Assembly (NCBI GenBank): GCA_027003075.1
Contig: JALWYV010000005.1
Location: 23,198 to 87,197, forward strand
Source: a candidate division WOR-3 bacterium
Lineage (GTDB): Bacteria > Hydrothermota > Hydrothermia > LBFQ01
DNA length: 64,000 nucleotides
Direction: 5' to 3'
In this document: in pieces, positions 37,903 through 49,168 of the stretch
How positions within the stretch are numbered: position 1 is the first letter of the stretch
Layout: each line of letters starts with the position of its first letter
Made by a program: the position numbers and the translations under genes
Notes under the pieces: model-generated
The model's input: the letters and a program-made list of their open reading frames with translations, nothing else
Told to the model about the DNA's origin: nothing
Database searches by the model: none

Positions 37903-39286
37903 CTTTCCTCCAGTCTTCTACTATCTTTGCCGCTTTTACAAAGAACGAAGGTGAAACGGAGAACCTGCGAAATCCAAGAGACAGCAGGAAACGGAGCCCA
38001 TCCTCGTCGGATGCGAGCTGTCCGCATACGCTTACGGGTCTTCGGGAGTTATTGAGTACGTGTCTGAGGAGGTCACCGAATACCGGGTTTACCTGTTCTT
38101 TTATGTCGCTCGTACCCCTCTCCCTTCCCGTGAAAAAGGCCCAGAGGTCGTTCGTCCCCACCGAGAAGAAGGTAGCGTAATCGTTCACCCCGGATATGCT
38201 CCATGCAAACGAAGGGACCTCAACCATGAAACCTAAGTGTTCTATCCCCTTTGAGGTTACGTAGTCGTAGAAGGTTCGGGCGGTGTCGGGGAAGTCTACC
38301 ATGGGTATCATTATACGGAAGTTCGGATACCTTTTTACGATTTCCAGAAGGGAATCAAACTTCTCCCTGAGGTCGTTCAGGAGCCTCATGGCCCCCCTCG
38401 TCCCGTGGTACTTCTCGCCCCCAACGTCGTACGCTCTGATTATTACGGGGGCATTGAGGCGGGCGAACCTCTCCCAGTCCACCCGTCCCAGATCCACGTT
38501 CAGGAGGTACTCCGTTCGCAGCAAACCCACGCCCGTTTCGTACCTCTCCGCCCAGAACACGTCCTCCGGGATGTCAAGATTAAGAAGTATCTCCACCTCC
38601 TCACCGTCGGCCGTCAGGAAGATTCTCCCCTTCCTTATGTGTTCCTGTCTGTCAAAGGTATCTATGGGTTTACGGGAGACGATCCCGGCCTCCCCATCAA
38701 CGTAAACGACCTCGCCGTTCCTGAACTTCGTGGGATCTATTCCCACAACTGTAGGTATATGGGCGTTAGCGAGGATTATGGCCGCGTGGGAGTCAGATGA
38801 AAGTTCCTTCAGGACCACGGCCGCCACCTTTCTGGTTTTTAGTTTGAGGGCTAGGGGGATGCTTACGCTCTCGGCCACGAAAACGGTGTCCTCGTTTATG
38901 GGAAGGTCAAGGGTGCCGTTATGGAGTATATCGTGTATTATCTGTACTATCTCCTGAGCCTTGCGGGCGAAGAAGGGGTCAGCGGATCTCATCCTCTCAA
39001 CTAAGGGTCTCAGGGCTATGTCAACGGCCTCCTTTTCGGATACACCGAGGTCAAGACAGGTTTTAAGCCTCTTTCTGAACGTCGGGTCGGTGATTATCAG
39101 CCGTACGAACTGGGCGAAGACGTCCTCCTTTTCCCTCTCAAGATCACCGGCTATGCGATCCAGCACACCTAAGAAATCTTCCTCTATTCGGGAGGGAGTG
39201 GCGAAAACGAAGACCCTCCCCTTCGCCCTTCCCGGCACCAGTCCAACGCCTGTAAGTACTTCGTCAGTCCCTGTGCTATTCCTCAT
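37895..39286 (-). CDS. ptsI: PTS enzyme I (shortened)
   Basis: DSHAAI phospho-His, GVGLLRTE, IMIPMV, MVEVPS, FFSVGTNDL, VSVCG. Confidence 0.85.
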   Translation of the reverse strand: MRNSTGTDEVLTGVGLVPGRAKGRVFVFATPSRIEEDFLGVLDRIAGDLEREKEDVFAQFVRLIITDPTFRKRLKTCLDLGVSEKEAVDIALRPLVERMRSADPFFARKAQEIVQIIHDILHNGTLDLPINEDTVFVAESVSIPLALKLKTRKVAAVVLKELSSDSHAAIILANAHIPTVVGIDPTKFRNGEVVYVDGEAGIVSRKPIDTFDRQEHIRKGRIFLTADGEEVEILLNLDIPEDVFWAERYETGVGLLRTEYLLNVDLGRVDWERFARLNAPVIIRAYDVGGEKYHGTRGAMRLLNDLREKFDSLLEIVKRYPNFRIMIPMVDFPDTARTFYDYVTSKGIEHLGFMVEVPSFAWSISGVNDYATFFSVGTNDLWAFFTGRERGTSDIKEQVNPVFGDLLRHVLNNSRRPVSVCGQLASDEDGLRFLLSLGFRRFSVSPSFFVKAAKIVEDWRKDG

Positions 39287-39566
39287 TGAACTTTACCACC
39301 TCTATTAAATGGGCAAGTGCCTCAACGGCTTCCTCCGCGTCCGGACCCTCGGCCTCAATTACGAGTTCCGTTCCCATGGGTGCGGTAAGCATCATTACAC
39401 CGAATACGCTCTTGGCGTTCACCTTCATCCTGGAACCGTCCGCTTCCTCCTTTATCAAAAAAATGTCGCTCTCAAACTGCCCCGCCAGAGAGGAAATAAG
39501 CGTACTCGGCCGGGCGTGCAACCCCAACTTGTTCCTCAACCTTACTTTTCTTACGACTTTACTCAC
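39276..39566 (-). CDS. ptsH: HPr phosphocarrier
   Basis: NKLGLHARP, NAKSVFGVMML, AEGPDAEEA. Confidence 0.95.
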   Translation of the reverse strand: MSKVVRKVRLRNKLGLHARPSTLISSLAGQFESDIFLIKEEADGSRMKVNAKSVFGVMMLTAPMGTELVIEAEGPDAEEAVEALAHLIEVVKFNEE

Positions 39567-39603
39567 GGGAGGGAAGGCATTTTACGGTCGGAAGGTTCAC
39601 TTC

Positions 39604-40272
39604 TCAAAGGGGGTATATCCTGTGCCACATCGTGAAGGTCCTTCCGTCGCCCGAGACTATACCGACGTCTCCGGATCGCACAACGGTCTTTACCCGGTTT
39701 AAGCCATGGCGGAGGAGGAAGTCGGCGGCGCTTGAGAGGGTTCCCGTGGCACACCCCATCGGCTCCTCTGGATAACCGTACTCCCACGTCCTGACGAAGA
39801 GGGAGTTGCCCACGAGGGTGTAGACGTTAGTATGGTACGGCATCCCCCCCTTCACCGTGGCCCGGTAGAATTCCCTGAGGGGAAAGTCCTCCATTCTCCC
39901 CACGACAGGTACGACCAGATGTTTTACCCCCTCCATCTCAACGAGGGTGTGATCCCCTCTAATGTTAACCTTCAGATCAAGGGTTATGCCGACGTAATCG
40001 CCCCGGACCTTTACCACTTTGGGGCCGTGGGCATCAACCACGGTCTCCCCGTCCCTACCGTTGAGGCCGAGGTATCCCACCACCCGTGTGGCGTTCCCAC
40101 AGAAGGGTACCCTATTGCTCAGGTAATTGAAGTAGTAGAGTTCCGTAGTCCTTTCCTTTTTGATGTACACCCATCCGTTGAAACCTTCCGGCAACTCCGG
40201 AAAACGTGCAGGATCCGGTTCTCCAGACCCCTTAACTACGAGGAACCTATCTCCACCGATGGATACCTTCAT
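39604..40272 (-). CDS. dapF: Diaminopimelate epimerase-like protein (short, divergent)
   Basis: PFCGNATRVV, VRTWEYG..EPMGCATG. Confidence 0.75.
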   Translation of the reverse strand: MKVSIGGDRFLVVKGSGEPDPARFPELPEGFNGWVYIKKERTTELYYFNYLSNRVPFCGNATRVVGYLGLNGRDGETVVDAHGPKVVKVRGDYVGITLDLKVNIRGDHTLVEMEGVKHLVVPVVGRMEDFPLREFYRATVKGGMPYHTNVYTLVGNSLFVRTWEYGYPEEPMGCATGTLSSAADFLLRHGLNRVKTVVRSGDVGIVSGDGRTFTMWHRIYPL

Positions 40273-40529
40273 ATCATCCGGCTTATCAGGAGAAAGATTA
40301 AACCGGTGAACACGCCCATAAGGGAGAGTTCAACCTTCAAGCCCACGGAGAAGACGAGGAAGTAGAGGTCAAGGGTAACGTTCTGAAAACCCATGGAGAA
40401 GCGGTACGTTACGGCTTCAAGCGCTCCGCTCGGTGGTACGAAGAGGGGTAGAACGGCCGATAGAACCTCCCCTACGGCTATCCCCAGAATCGTCATAAAC
40501 AAATAAAATACGGGAGGTTTTTGAAACAA
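40269..40529 (-). CDS. DUF4321-like small membrane protein
   Basis: TLDLYFLVFSVGLKVELSLMGVFTGL pattern; two hydrophobic ends. Confidence 0.65.
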   Translation of the reverse strand: MFQKPPVFYLFMTILGIAVGEVLSAVLPLFVPPSGALEAVTYRFSMGFQNVTLDLYFLVFSVGLKVELSLMGVFTGLIFLLISRMI

Positions 40530-40530
40530 G

Positions 40531-40614
40531 TGCCGGGAGTGGGACTCGAACCCACACGGGGATTACCCCGGGGGATTTTAAATCCCCTGCGTCTACCGAT
40601 TCCGCCATCCCGGC
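40531..40614 (-). tRNA. tRNA-Leu(TAA), CCA not encoded
   Basis: GCCGGGATGGCGGAATCGGTAGACGCA-GGGGA-TTTAAAA-TCCCC, long variable arm, GGTTCGAGTCCCACTCCCGGCA. Confidence 0.95.
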
Positions 40615-40663
40615 AAGGACTATATTTTAAAGTGGTCGGGTACGCAAATTGGTCATAGGATCG

Positions 40664-41839
40664 TTATGGTAGATGTAAAAGTGGACTTGAGGACCCTCTT
40701 TCGTAGAATTCTCGTTTGAAATATTCTTCCTCAACGTCGTTGGTAGGCAGATATATCTCTACAGGGATTTTTAAATTCTTTAAATAATGGTACATAAGAG
40801 GACCAACGTCTTTCCATTTCAGACCACCCAGTCCACAACCAAGGGCAGGAAAGGCTATGGATTTAACACCGTATTCCTCGTAATGCTTCACAAACCATTT
40901 TAATCCCTTTTCTATAACCTCCAATTTACTTTTTTCCCTCCAGTGACCTTTGGTAGGGAAGAATAAAAAACCTCTATCCTCCGTCATATAAAAGGCGGGA
41001 CGTCCGGGTACTAGCAACTTTGACTTTACCATATCCTGATATGCCACGTACGCGGCCGGATACATGTACTTGAACCTACTCGCTAACCCCTTACCCATTA
41101 CACCAACAGTGTTAACACTTATTGTTAAAGTATGCATTTCACTTATAAACATATCCCCATGGACTATATAAAGTCCATCGGCAATTTCCACCTTTCTTAG
41201 GGGGAGGAAAAACATATCGGGCTCCACAGATACGGACAACTTCCCGGACACCAAGTTGATTTCACGCAAAAGATCATTATTAGGAACATATATGGCTTTT
41301 ATGTACTTTTTAGGAACACGTCGGGGAACCAGAATTTCGGACTGCAAAAACTTTTTGGGTTCCATATAGTAGCCGTAATATCTCTTGCGATAAGCGGATT
41401 CTCTTTTGAAAACCTTCCAGATAGGTACACTTGAAGCTTCTGAAACCCAATCCCTTACACTTCGTACAAGTTTTAGAAATCTTGTAAAATCTATTTCAGA
41501 CGGTGGAACTGTTATAGAACTATCGCTGGCGGCATTTCCTACAGATACAAGGACACCCCGCAATTTCAGGATATCCCCACTTATCCCCAACACAACAATT
41601 TTCCATCCCATCTTTAACACCATATACATCATAGCATTACGGCTACTCACATAAAGGTTGGCATAGCTCGTAAGCCCCTTTTCCCTCCTTTTCTCTACTA
41701 TATCTTCTTTACTGATGCGTTTAAAATCCAATCCTCTACGGTTAACCTCGTCGTTTGAGAGTATGCCGAACCGTAGAATAGAGTTAAGATTCTTAACCGG
41801 TGTGATATAGTAAAATTCCAGTTCTCGTCCCTTAGTCAT
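40664..41839 (-). CDS. DarT (DUF4433) DNA ADP-ribosyltransferase fused to a DarG-type macrodomain
   Basis: N-terminal FYYIT..NL.SIL..GILS, KRR, YANLY..RNAMMY, GNAAS, QSEILV; C-terminal GDMF, SVNTVGVMGKGLA, FPTKGHWR, SIAFPALGCGLGGLKW; AT-rich. Confidence 0.88.
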   Translation of the reverse strand: MTKGRELEFYYITPVKNLNSILRFGILSNDEVNRRGLDFKRISKEDIVEKRREKGLTSYANLYVSSRNAMMYMVLKMGWKIVVLGISGDILKLRGVLVSVGNAASDSSITVPPSEIDFTRFLKLVRSVRDWVSEASSVPIWKVFKRESAYRKRYYGYYMEPKKFLQSEILVPRRVPKKYIKAIYVPNNDLLREINLVSGKLSVSVEPDMFFLPLRKVEIADGLYIVHGDMFISEMHTLTISVNTVGVMGKGLASRFKYMYPAAYVAYQDMVKSKLLVPGRPAFYMTEDRGFLFFPTKGHWREKSKLEVIEKGLKWFVKHYEEYGVKSIAFPALGCGLGGLKWKDVGPLMYHYLKNLKIPVEIYLPTNDVEEEYFKREFYERGSSSPLLHLP

Positions 41840-43754
41840 CCACCTCCCTCCTCATCCTCTCTATCAGCTCCTCCACCTTCATGGCCCCCAGGTCCCCTTC
41901 TTTTCTCCGCCTAACGGAGACGGTACCGCTCTCAACCTCCCTCTTTCCGACGACCAGGATGTAGGGGACCTTCTGGGTCTCGGCGTCCCTTATCTTGTAG
42001 GAGAGCCTCTCGTTCCGGTCGTCTATCTCCACCCTGAAGCCAGCCTCCTCAAGCCGCTCCTTTACGCTCCGGGCGTACTCCGCGAAGGCGTCCTTTATGG
42101 GTATCACCCTCGCCTGTACGGGGGCCAGCCATAATGGGAAGTCCCCGGCGTAATGTTCTATCAGAATACCGAAGAACCTCTCTATGGATCCGAGGATCGC
42201 CCTGTGTATCATTACGACGAAATGCTCCTTACCGTCGGGGCCTACGTACGTGGCGTTGAACCGCCTGGGCAGGTTGAAGTCCACCTGTACGGTCGTACAC
42301 TGCCACCTCCGGCCGAGGGCATCCTTGAGCTTGACGTCAATTTTGGGGCCGTAGAAGGCGGCCTCCCCCTCCTCAACCTCGTAGGAGAAGCCCTCCGCCT
42401 CAAGGGCGTTCTTTAGGGAGTTTATGGCCTGCTTCCACATCTGGGGGGTCCCCATGTACTCCTCCGGTCTGTTGGGGTCCCATATGGACAGTTCCACCTC
42501 AAAGTCCTTAAAGCCGAAGCGGCCGAGGATCCTCTTCATCAAGGCGAGGACCCGCCTAACCTCCTCCTCCACCTGATCCGGGGCGGCGAAGATGTGGGCG
42601 TCGTCCTGGGTGAAGCCCCTGACCCTCATCAGGCCGTGGAGGACGCCGGACAGCTCGTAGCGATACACCGTCCCCAGCTCGGCGAGCCTTACGGGGAGGT
42701 CCCGGTAGCTATGCACCTTTGACTTGTATATGAGGATGTGGGCGGGACAGTTCATGGGCTTGACGGCGTAGGTCTGCCCGTCCTTCTCAAAGACGAACAT
42801 GTTCTTCTGGTAGTAGTTGAGGTGGCCGCTTATCTCCCAGAGTTTCCCGGAGAGGACGTGGGGGGTGATGACGAAGGTGTAGCCGTCTTTTATATGCTCC
42901 CGCTTGATGTAGTCCTCAATCGCAAAGCGCACAGCCGTCCCCTTTGGGTGCCAGAAGACGAAGCCTGCCCCCGCCTCCTCGTAGAAGTTGAAGAGATCCA
43001 GCTGGCGACCCAGTACCCTGTGATCCCTCTTCTTCGCCTCCTCAAGCATCTTCAGGTACTCGTCTAACTGCTCCTGTGTCGGGAAGGATACGCCGTAGAT
43101 CCTCTGGAGGGAGGGGTTGTTGGGGTCTCCCTTCCAGTAGGCGGAGGATACGGTCGTAACCTTGAAGGCTCCTATGACCCCCGTCCGATGTATATGGGGA
43201 CCCCTACACAGGTCAGTGAACTCCCCCTGATGGTAGACGGAGACGACCGGCTCACCGAACTCCTCTATCAGGAGGACCTTGTAGTCCTCCCCCCTCTCCC
43301 TGAAGAACTCCTTGGCCTTTTCGGCCGGCCACTCCTCCCGCTTTACGGGGTAATCCGCCTCAATTACCTTCTTCGCCTCCTCCTCAATCCTCTGGAGGTC
43401 CTCCGGCGTCAGGGTCCGGCCCCCGAAGTCTATGTCGTAGAAGAAACCGTTCTCTATGGGAGGGCCGACGGTGAGCTTGGCGTCGGGCCACAGCCTCTTG
43501 ACCGCCTGAGCCAGTACGTGGGCGGAGGAGTGCCAGAAGACCTCCTTCCCGTCCCTGTCGCTGAAGTCCAGAATGTCAATCTCGGAGACGTCCTCCGGTA
43601 TCGGGACGAAGAGGTCAAAGAGCCGTCCGCCCGCACGGGCGACGAAGCCCCCCTTCAGCCCCTCTTCGCCGAGGACGTCAAGTACGCTTTGCCCTTCTTT
43701 TACTTCCTTTTCAACCTTACTTCCGTCGGGGAGATGAAAGATTACCCTTCTCAC
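41832..43754 (-). CDS. thrS: Threonine--tRNA ligase
   Basis: FWHSSAH, DLCRGPH, KPMNCPAH, RVRGFTQDDAH, AAFYGPKID; likely start GTG 43754 (TAAAAT 7 nt upstream). Confidence 0.98.
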   Translation of the reverse strand: MRRVIFHLPDGSKVEKEVKEGQSVLDVLGEEGLKGGFVARAGGRLFDLFVPIPEDVSEIDILDFSDRDGKEVFWHSSAHVLAQAVKRLWPDAKLTVGPPIENGFFYDIDFGGRTLTPEDLQRIEEEAKKVIEADYPVKREEWPAEKAKEFFRERGEDYKVLLIEEFGEPVVSVYHQGEFTDLCRGPHIHRTGVIGAFKVTTVSSAYWKGDPNNPSLQRIYGVSFPTQEQLDEYLKMLEEAKKRDHRVLGRQLDLFNFYEEAGAGFVFWHPKGTAVRFAIEDYIKREHIKDGYTFVITPHVLSGKLWEISGHLNYYQKNMFVFEKDGQTYAVKPMNCPAHILIYKSKVHSYRDLPVRLAELGTVYRYELSGVLHGLMRVRGFTQDDAHIFAAPDQVEEEVRRVLALMKRILGRFGFKDFEVELSIWDPNRPEEYMGTPQMWKQAINSLKNALEAEGFSYEVEEGEAAFYGPKIDVKLKDALGRRWQCTTVQVDFNLPRRFNATYVGPDGKEHFVVMIHRAILGSIERFFGILIEHYAGDFPLWLAPVQARVIPIKDAFAEYARSVKERLEEAGFRVEIDDRNERLSYKIRDAETQKVPYILVVGKREVESGTVSVRRRKEGDLGAMKVEELIERMRREVDD

Positions 43755-43884
43755 GGGGGCTATTTTACGGTCGGCCGTTCCCGTCTGTTTAATTGACGCC
43801 ATGCTGAATAAAGGAAGGCGTTTAAACGGCCGAAAAATGCAATTCGGGTGAGGTGTACGTATGAGCCCTAATCTGAATTAAAAT

Positions 43885-44325
43885 ATGCGATGTATGGAAA
43901 TAAAGGATAGATGGTGGGAAAAGACAAAGTGGGGGGAAATTGAGCCTCCGGATAAGCCTGAAGGATTGGATGAGTCAGGTGATGGCGTCTGGTATGGAAT
44001 ATGGGAGTTGATATATAGAGCGCAGGGGGAAGGATACCATCCAGGGAGAGTGGTGGAGTTTGTAGATGAGTTCAGGCTTCTTATGATGGGACTAACTGAC
44101 ATCGTTAATGAGGGCTACGACATAACGCAGCTGGAAATCTACCCCATATTTGAATACGTGATGCTCAGGTGGGCGGAGTTAGTTAAAGCCGGGAAGTGTG
44201 GGTGGATAACGCTTGAAGATGCGAAAGCTAACTATTTACCTACCTACAATAAGGAACTTGTAGAGGAAATAGGCTTTCTACCCGACCGTATAACACACTG
44301 GTGGTGGTACGTGCTTGAGGACTGA
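43885..44325 (+). CDS. Hypothetical acidic, Trp-rich protein (AT-richer than flanks)
   Basis: 146-aa ORF ending PDRITHWWWYVLED; start may be ATG 43894. Confidence 0.6.
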   Translation: MRCMEIKDRWWEKTKWGEIEPPDKPEGLDESGDGVWYGIWELIYRAQGEGYHPGRVVEFVDEFRLLMMGLTDIVNEGYDITQLEIYPIFEYVMLRWAELVKAGKCGWITLEDAKANYLPTYNKELVEEIGFLPDRITHWWWYVLED

Positions 44326-45636
44326 TTACCCCTCTGTTTCCCCCTTGCCCACTACCCAGACCTTCCAGCCCTTCGGGACGTCCTTACGGAATATGCCCAC
44401 GCTGTCAACCACGTAGGGATTCCTGACGCTCTCCCGTATCCTATCCCAGTCAAGAGAGGAGAACTCTTTCCACGCCGTGAGGATAAGGACGGCGTCCACG
44501 TCCCTCAGAGCCTCATAGGGGTCGTCGTAGATTTCTATGGCATCCCCGAAAACTACCTTCGCGCTCTCCCTGCCCATGGGATCGTAGGCCTTGATCCTTG
44601 CCCCCTGCTTTCTCATACGGGTGAGGAGGGGGATGGATACGGAGTTTCTAACGTCATCCGTATTGGGTTTGAACGTGAGACCGAGTACACCGACCGTCCT
44701 GCCCGTGAACACGCCGCCGAGGGCCTCCTTCACCTTCCAGACTATGCGCCGCTTCTGAGACTCGTTTCTGAGGTGAATGGCCTCCAGAAAGTGGGGGAAG
44801 TGGCCGTGTTCCTCCGACATCCTTATGAGGGCCATCAGATCCTTGGGGAGGCATGGACCCCCGTACCCCGGTCCCGGCCTGAGGTACTGCCGACCTATCC
44901 GCGGATCCAGACCCACACCCTCGGCCACGTCCCACACGTCTCCGCCAAGGGCCTCGCATACGGAAGCTATCTCGTTTATGAAAGACACGCGGGCTGCCAG
45001 AAAGGCGTTGGATGCGTACTTTATGATCTGGGCGTTCTTTATGGTGGTGGTGAGCTTCGGGGCGTTTATACCCTCGTAGAGGGACATCACCTCCCGTGCT
45101 ATTTCGGGATCGTCGGCACCCACCACAACCCTGCTGGGGTTAAGGAAGTCGTATATTCCCGTCCCCTCTCTCAAAAACTCCGGGTTATACGCCAGTTCGT
45201 AATCCTTCCCCCTCTCCTTCCCCTCCTGCCTCATAACCTGAACCATGGCGTCAAGGCTGCCAACCGGCGCCGTACTCCTCACTATGAGGATGGCAAAGTC
45301 GCCAAGCGCTTTCGCTATGCTCCTGCTGGCCGATAGAAGCTGACTGAGGTCAGCGCTGCCGTCGTCGTCCATAGGTGTGTTTACGGCTATGAAGATGTAC
45401 CTTGCTCCCCGTACTGCCTCTGCGGTATCAAGGGTAAACCTCAGGTTCCCCTTCTCCATGGCCTCCCTGAGGTACCTGTCCAGTCCCTCCTCGTAAAAGG
45501 GGAGTTCCCCCCTCTTCAACTTCCTTATCTTGTTTTCGTCCCTGTCCATTCCGACCACCTCGTGGCCGAGGGCGGCCATTCCCACCGCACTCACCAGACC
45601 AACGTATCCCGTACCTATTACTCCGATCCGTGCCAT
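44326..45636 (-). CDS. ugd: UDP-glucose 6-dehydrogenase
   Basis: GTGYVGL, YNPEFLREG, KYASNAFLA, GYGGPCLPKD, GLTFKPNTDDVRNS. Confidence 0.93.
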   Translation of the reverse strand: MARIGVIGTGYVGLVSAVGMAALGHEVVGMDRDENKIRKLKRGELPFYEEGLDRYLREAMEKGNLRFTLDTAEAVRGARYIFIAVNTPMDDDGSADLSQLLSASRSIAKALGDFAILIVRSTAPVGSLDAMVQVMRQEGKERGKDYELAYNPEFLREGTGIYDFLNPSRVVVGADDPEIAREVMSLYEGINAPKLTTTIKNAQIIKYASNAFLAARVSFINEIASVCEALGGDVWDVAEGVGLDPRIGRQYLRPGPGYGGPCLPKDLMALIRMSEEHGHFPHFLEAIHLRNESQKRRIVWKVKEALGGVFTGRTVGVLGLTFKPNTDDVRNSVSIPLLTRMRKQGARIKAYDPMGRESAKVVFGDAIEIYDDPYEALRDVDAVLILTAWKEFSSLDWDRIRESVRNPYVVDSVGIFRKDVPKGWKVWVVGKGETEG

Positions 45637-45647
45637 AGGCGGCTATT

Positions 45648-46556
45648 CTACCCCTGAAAGTATCTGGGGTCCTGAGGACGGCAGGTTATCTTATCGGTTA
45701 TCTGGTAGATCAGACCGCAGATCACACGTCCGGGCCCTACCTCCCACGCCTCGTTAACGCCCAGTTTAACCGCCTCCTCTACCATATCAATAAACCGTAC
45801 GGGAGAACGGAGCTGAACCATGAGGGCATCTCTAACCTCTTCCGCCGTCCTCGCTACCTTACCCGTCGCGTTCATTATTACGGGGATGCGGGGATCCCTG
45901 AACTCCACCTTCTCAAGGAGCCTTGCGAACTCTCTTGCGGCTGTCTCCATTAGGGGTGAATGGAAGGCCGCCCCCACCTTTAAAGGTATAAGCCTCAACC
46001 TCAGTCGTCGGGATTCCATCTCTTCCTTAAGCAGGTTTAAAGCTTCGTCTATCTCCTCCTTCGTACCTGAAAGGACGACCTGTTTGGGTGAGTTGTAGTT
46101 GGCTATCACGAGGGTTTTGAAGTTCCCCTTCTCTAACACCGCCATGGCCACATCGTGGGCGCCGGCTCCCACAACGGCGAGCATCGTCCCTCCACCGGAT
46201 CTACCCATCAGCCTTCCCCTCTCTATGACGAGGTTAAGGGCAGTCTCAAAGTTGAAGACTCCCGCAGCGTACAGAGCAGAAAATTCCCCAAGGCTGTGGC
46301 CGAAGACGACGTCGGGCTGCCTCCTCTTCTTCAGGACCTCGTAGAGTGCAGCAGAGTACAGGAATATCGCCGGTTGGGTGTTTATCGTATCCTTAAGTTC
46401 CTCCTCCGAGGCTTCGGTTAAGAGGCGGCTTACGTTTATTCCCGTAATACTGTCGGCAAGTTTGAAAGTTTCCTCAACTGAGGGATACCTCTCAAGCAGG
46501 ATTTTTCCCATGCCTGAGTATTGGCTTCCCTGGCCCGGAAAGGCGTAGGCGAGCAT
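45648..46556 (-). CDS. fabD: Malonyl-CoA:ACP transacylase
   Basis: FPGQGSQ, TQPAI, GHSLGE, AFHSPLM, EVGPG. Confidence 0.97.
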   Translation of the reverse strand: MLAYAFPGQGSQYSGMGKILLERYPSVEETFKLADSITGINVSRLLTEASEEELKDTINTQPAIFLYSAALYEVLKKRRQPDVVFGHSLGEFSALYAAGVFNFETALNLVIERGRLMGRSGGGTMLAVVGAGAHDVAMAVLEKGNFKTLVIANYNSPKQVVLSGTKEEIDEALNLLKEEMESRRLRLRLIPLKVGAAFHSPLMETAAREFARLLEKVEFRDPRIPVIMNATGKVARTAEEVRDALMVQLRSPVRFIDMVEEAVKLGVNEAWEVGPGRVICGLIYQITDKITCRPQDPRYFQG

Positions 46557-46610
46557 ATGGAGATTTTAACTGTGAAAATCAGGCACCACACCCGATGTTG
46601 CGGACGGTAC

Positions 46611-49144
<2,534 letters not shown>

Positions 49145-49168
49145 AACCGGGAATTATACCCTCGTAAG

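Noticed and set aside
39563-39787. Possible frameshifted C-terminus of dapF
   Set aside because: The alternative frame shows no DapF-like sequence, and the gap holds a TAAAAT box ahead of ptsH
40417-40608. 63-aa ORF MAESVDAGDLKS
   Set aside because: It is a translation of the tRNA-Leu gene
40531-44325. Integrative element at tRNA-Leu spanning the DarT fusion, thrS and the AT-rich ORF
   Set aside because: No integrase and no duplicated tRNA end; thrS has host-like composition; the insert is on the 5' side of the tRNA
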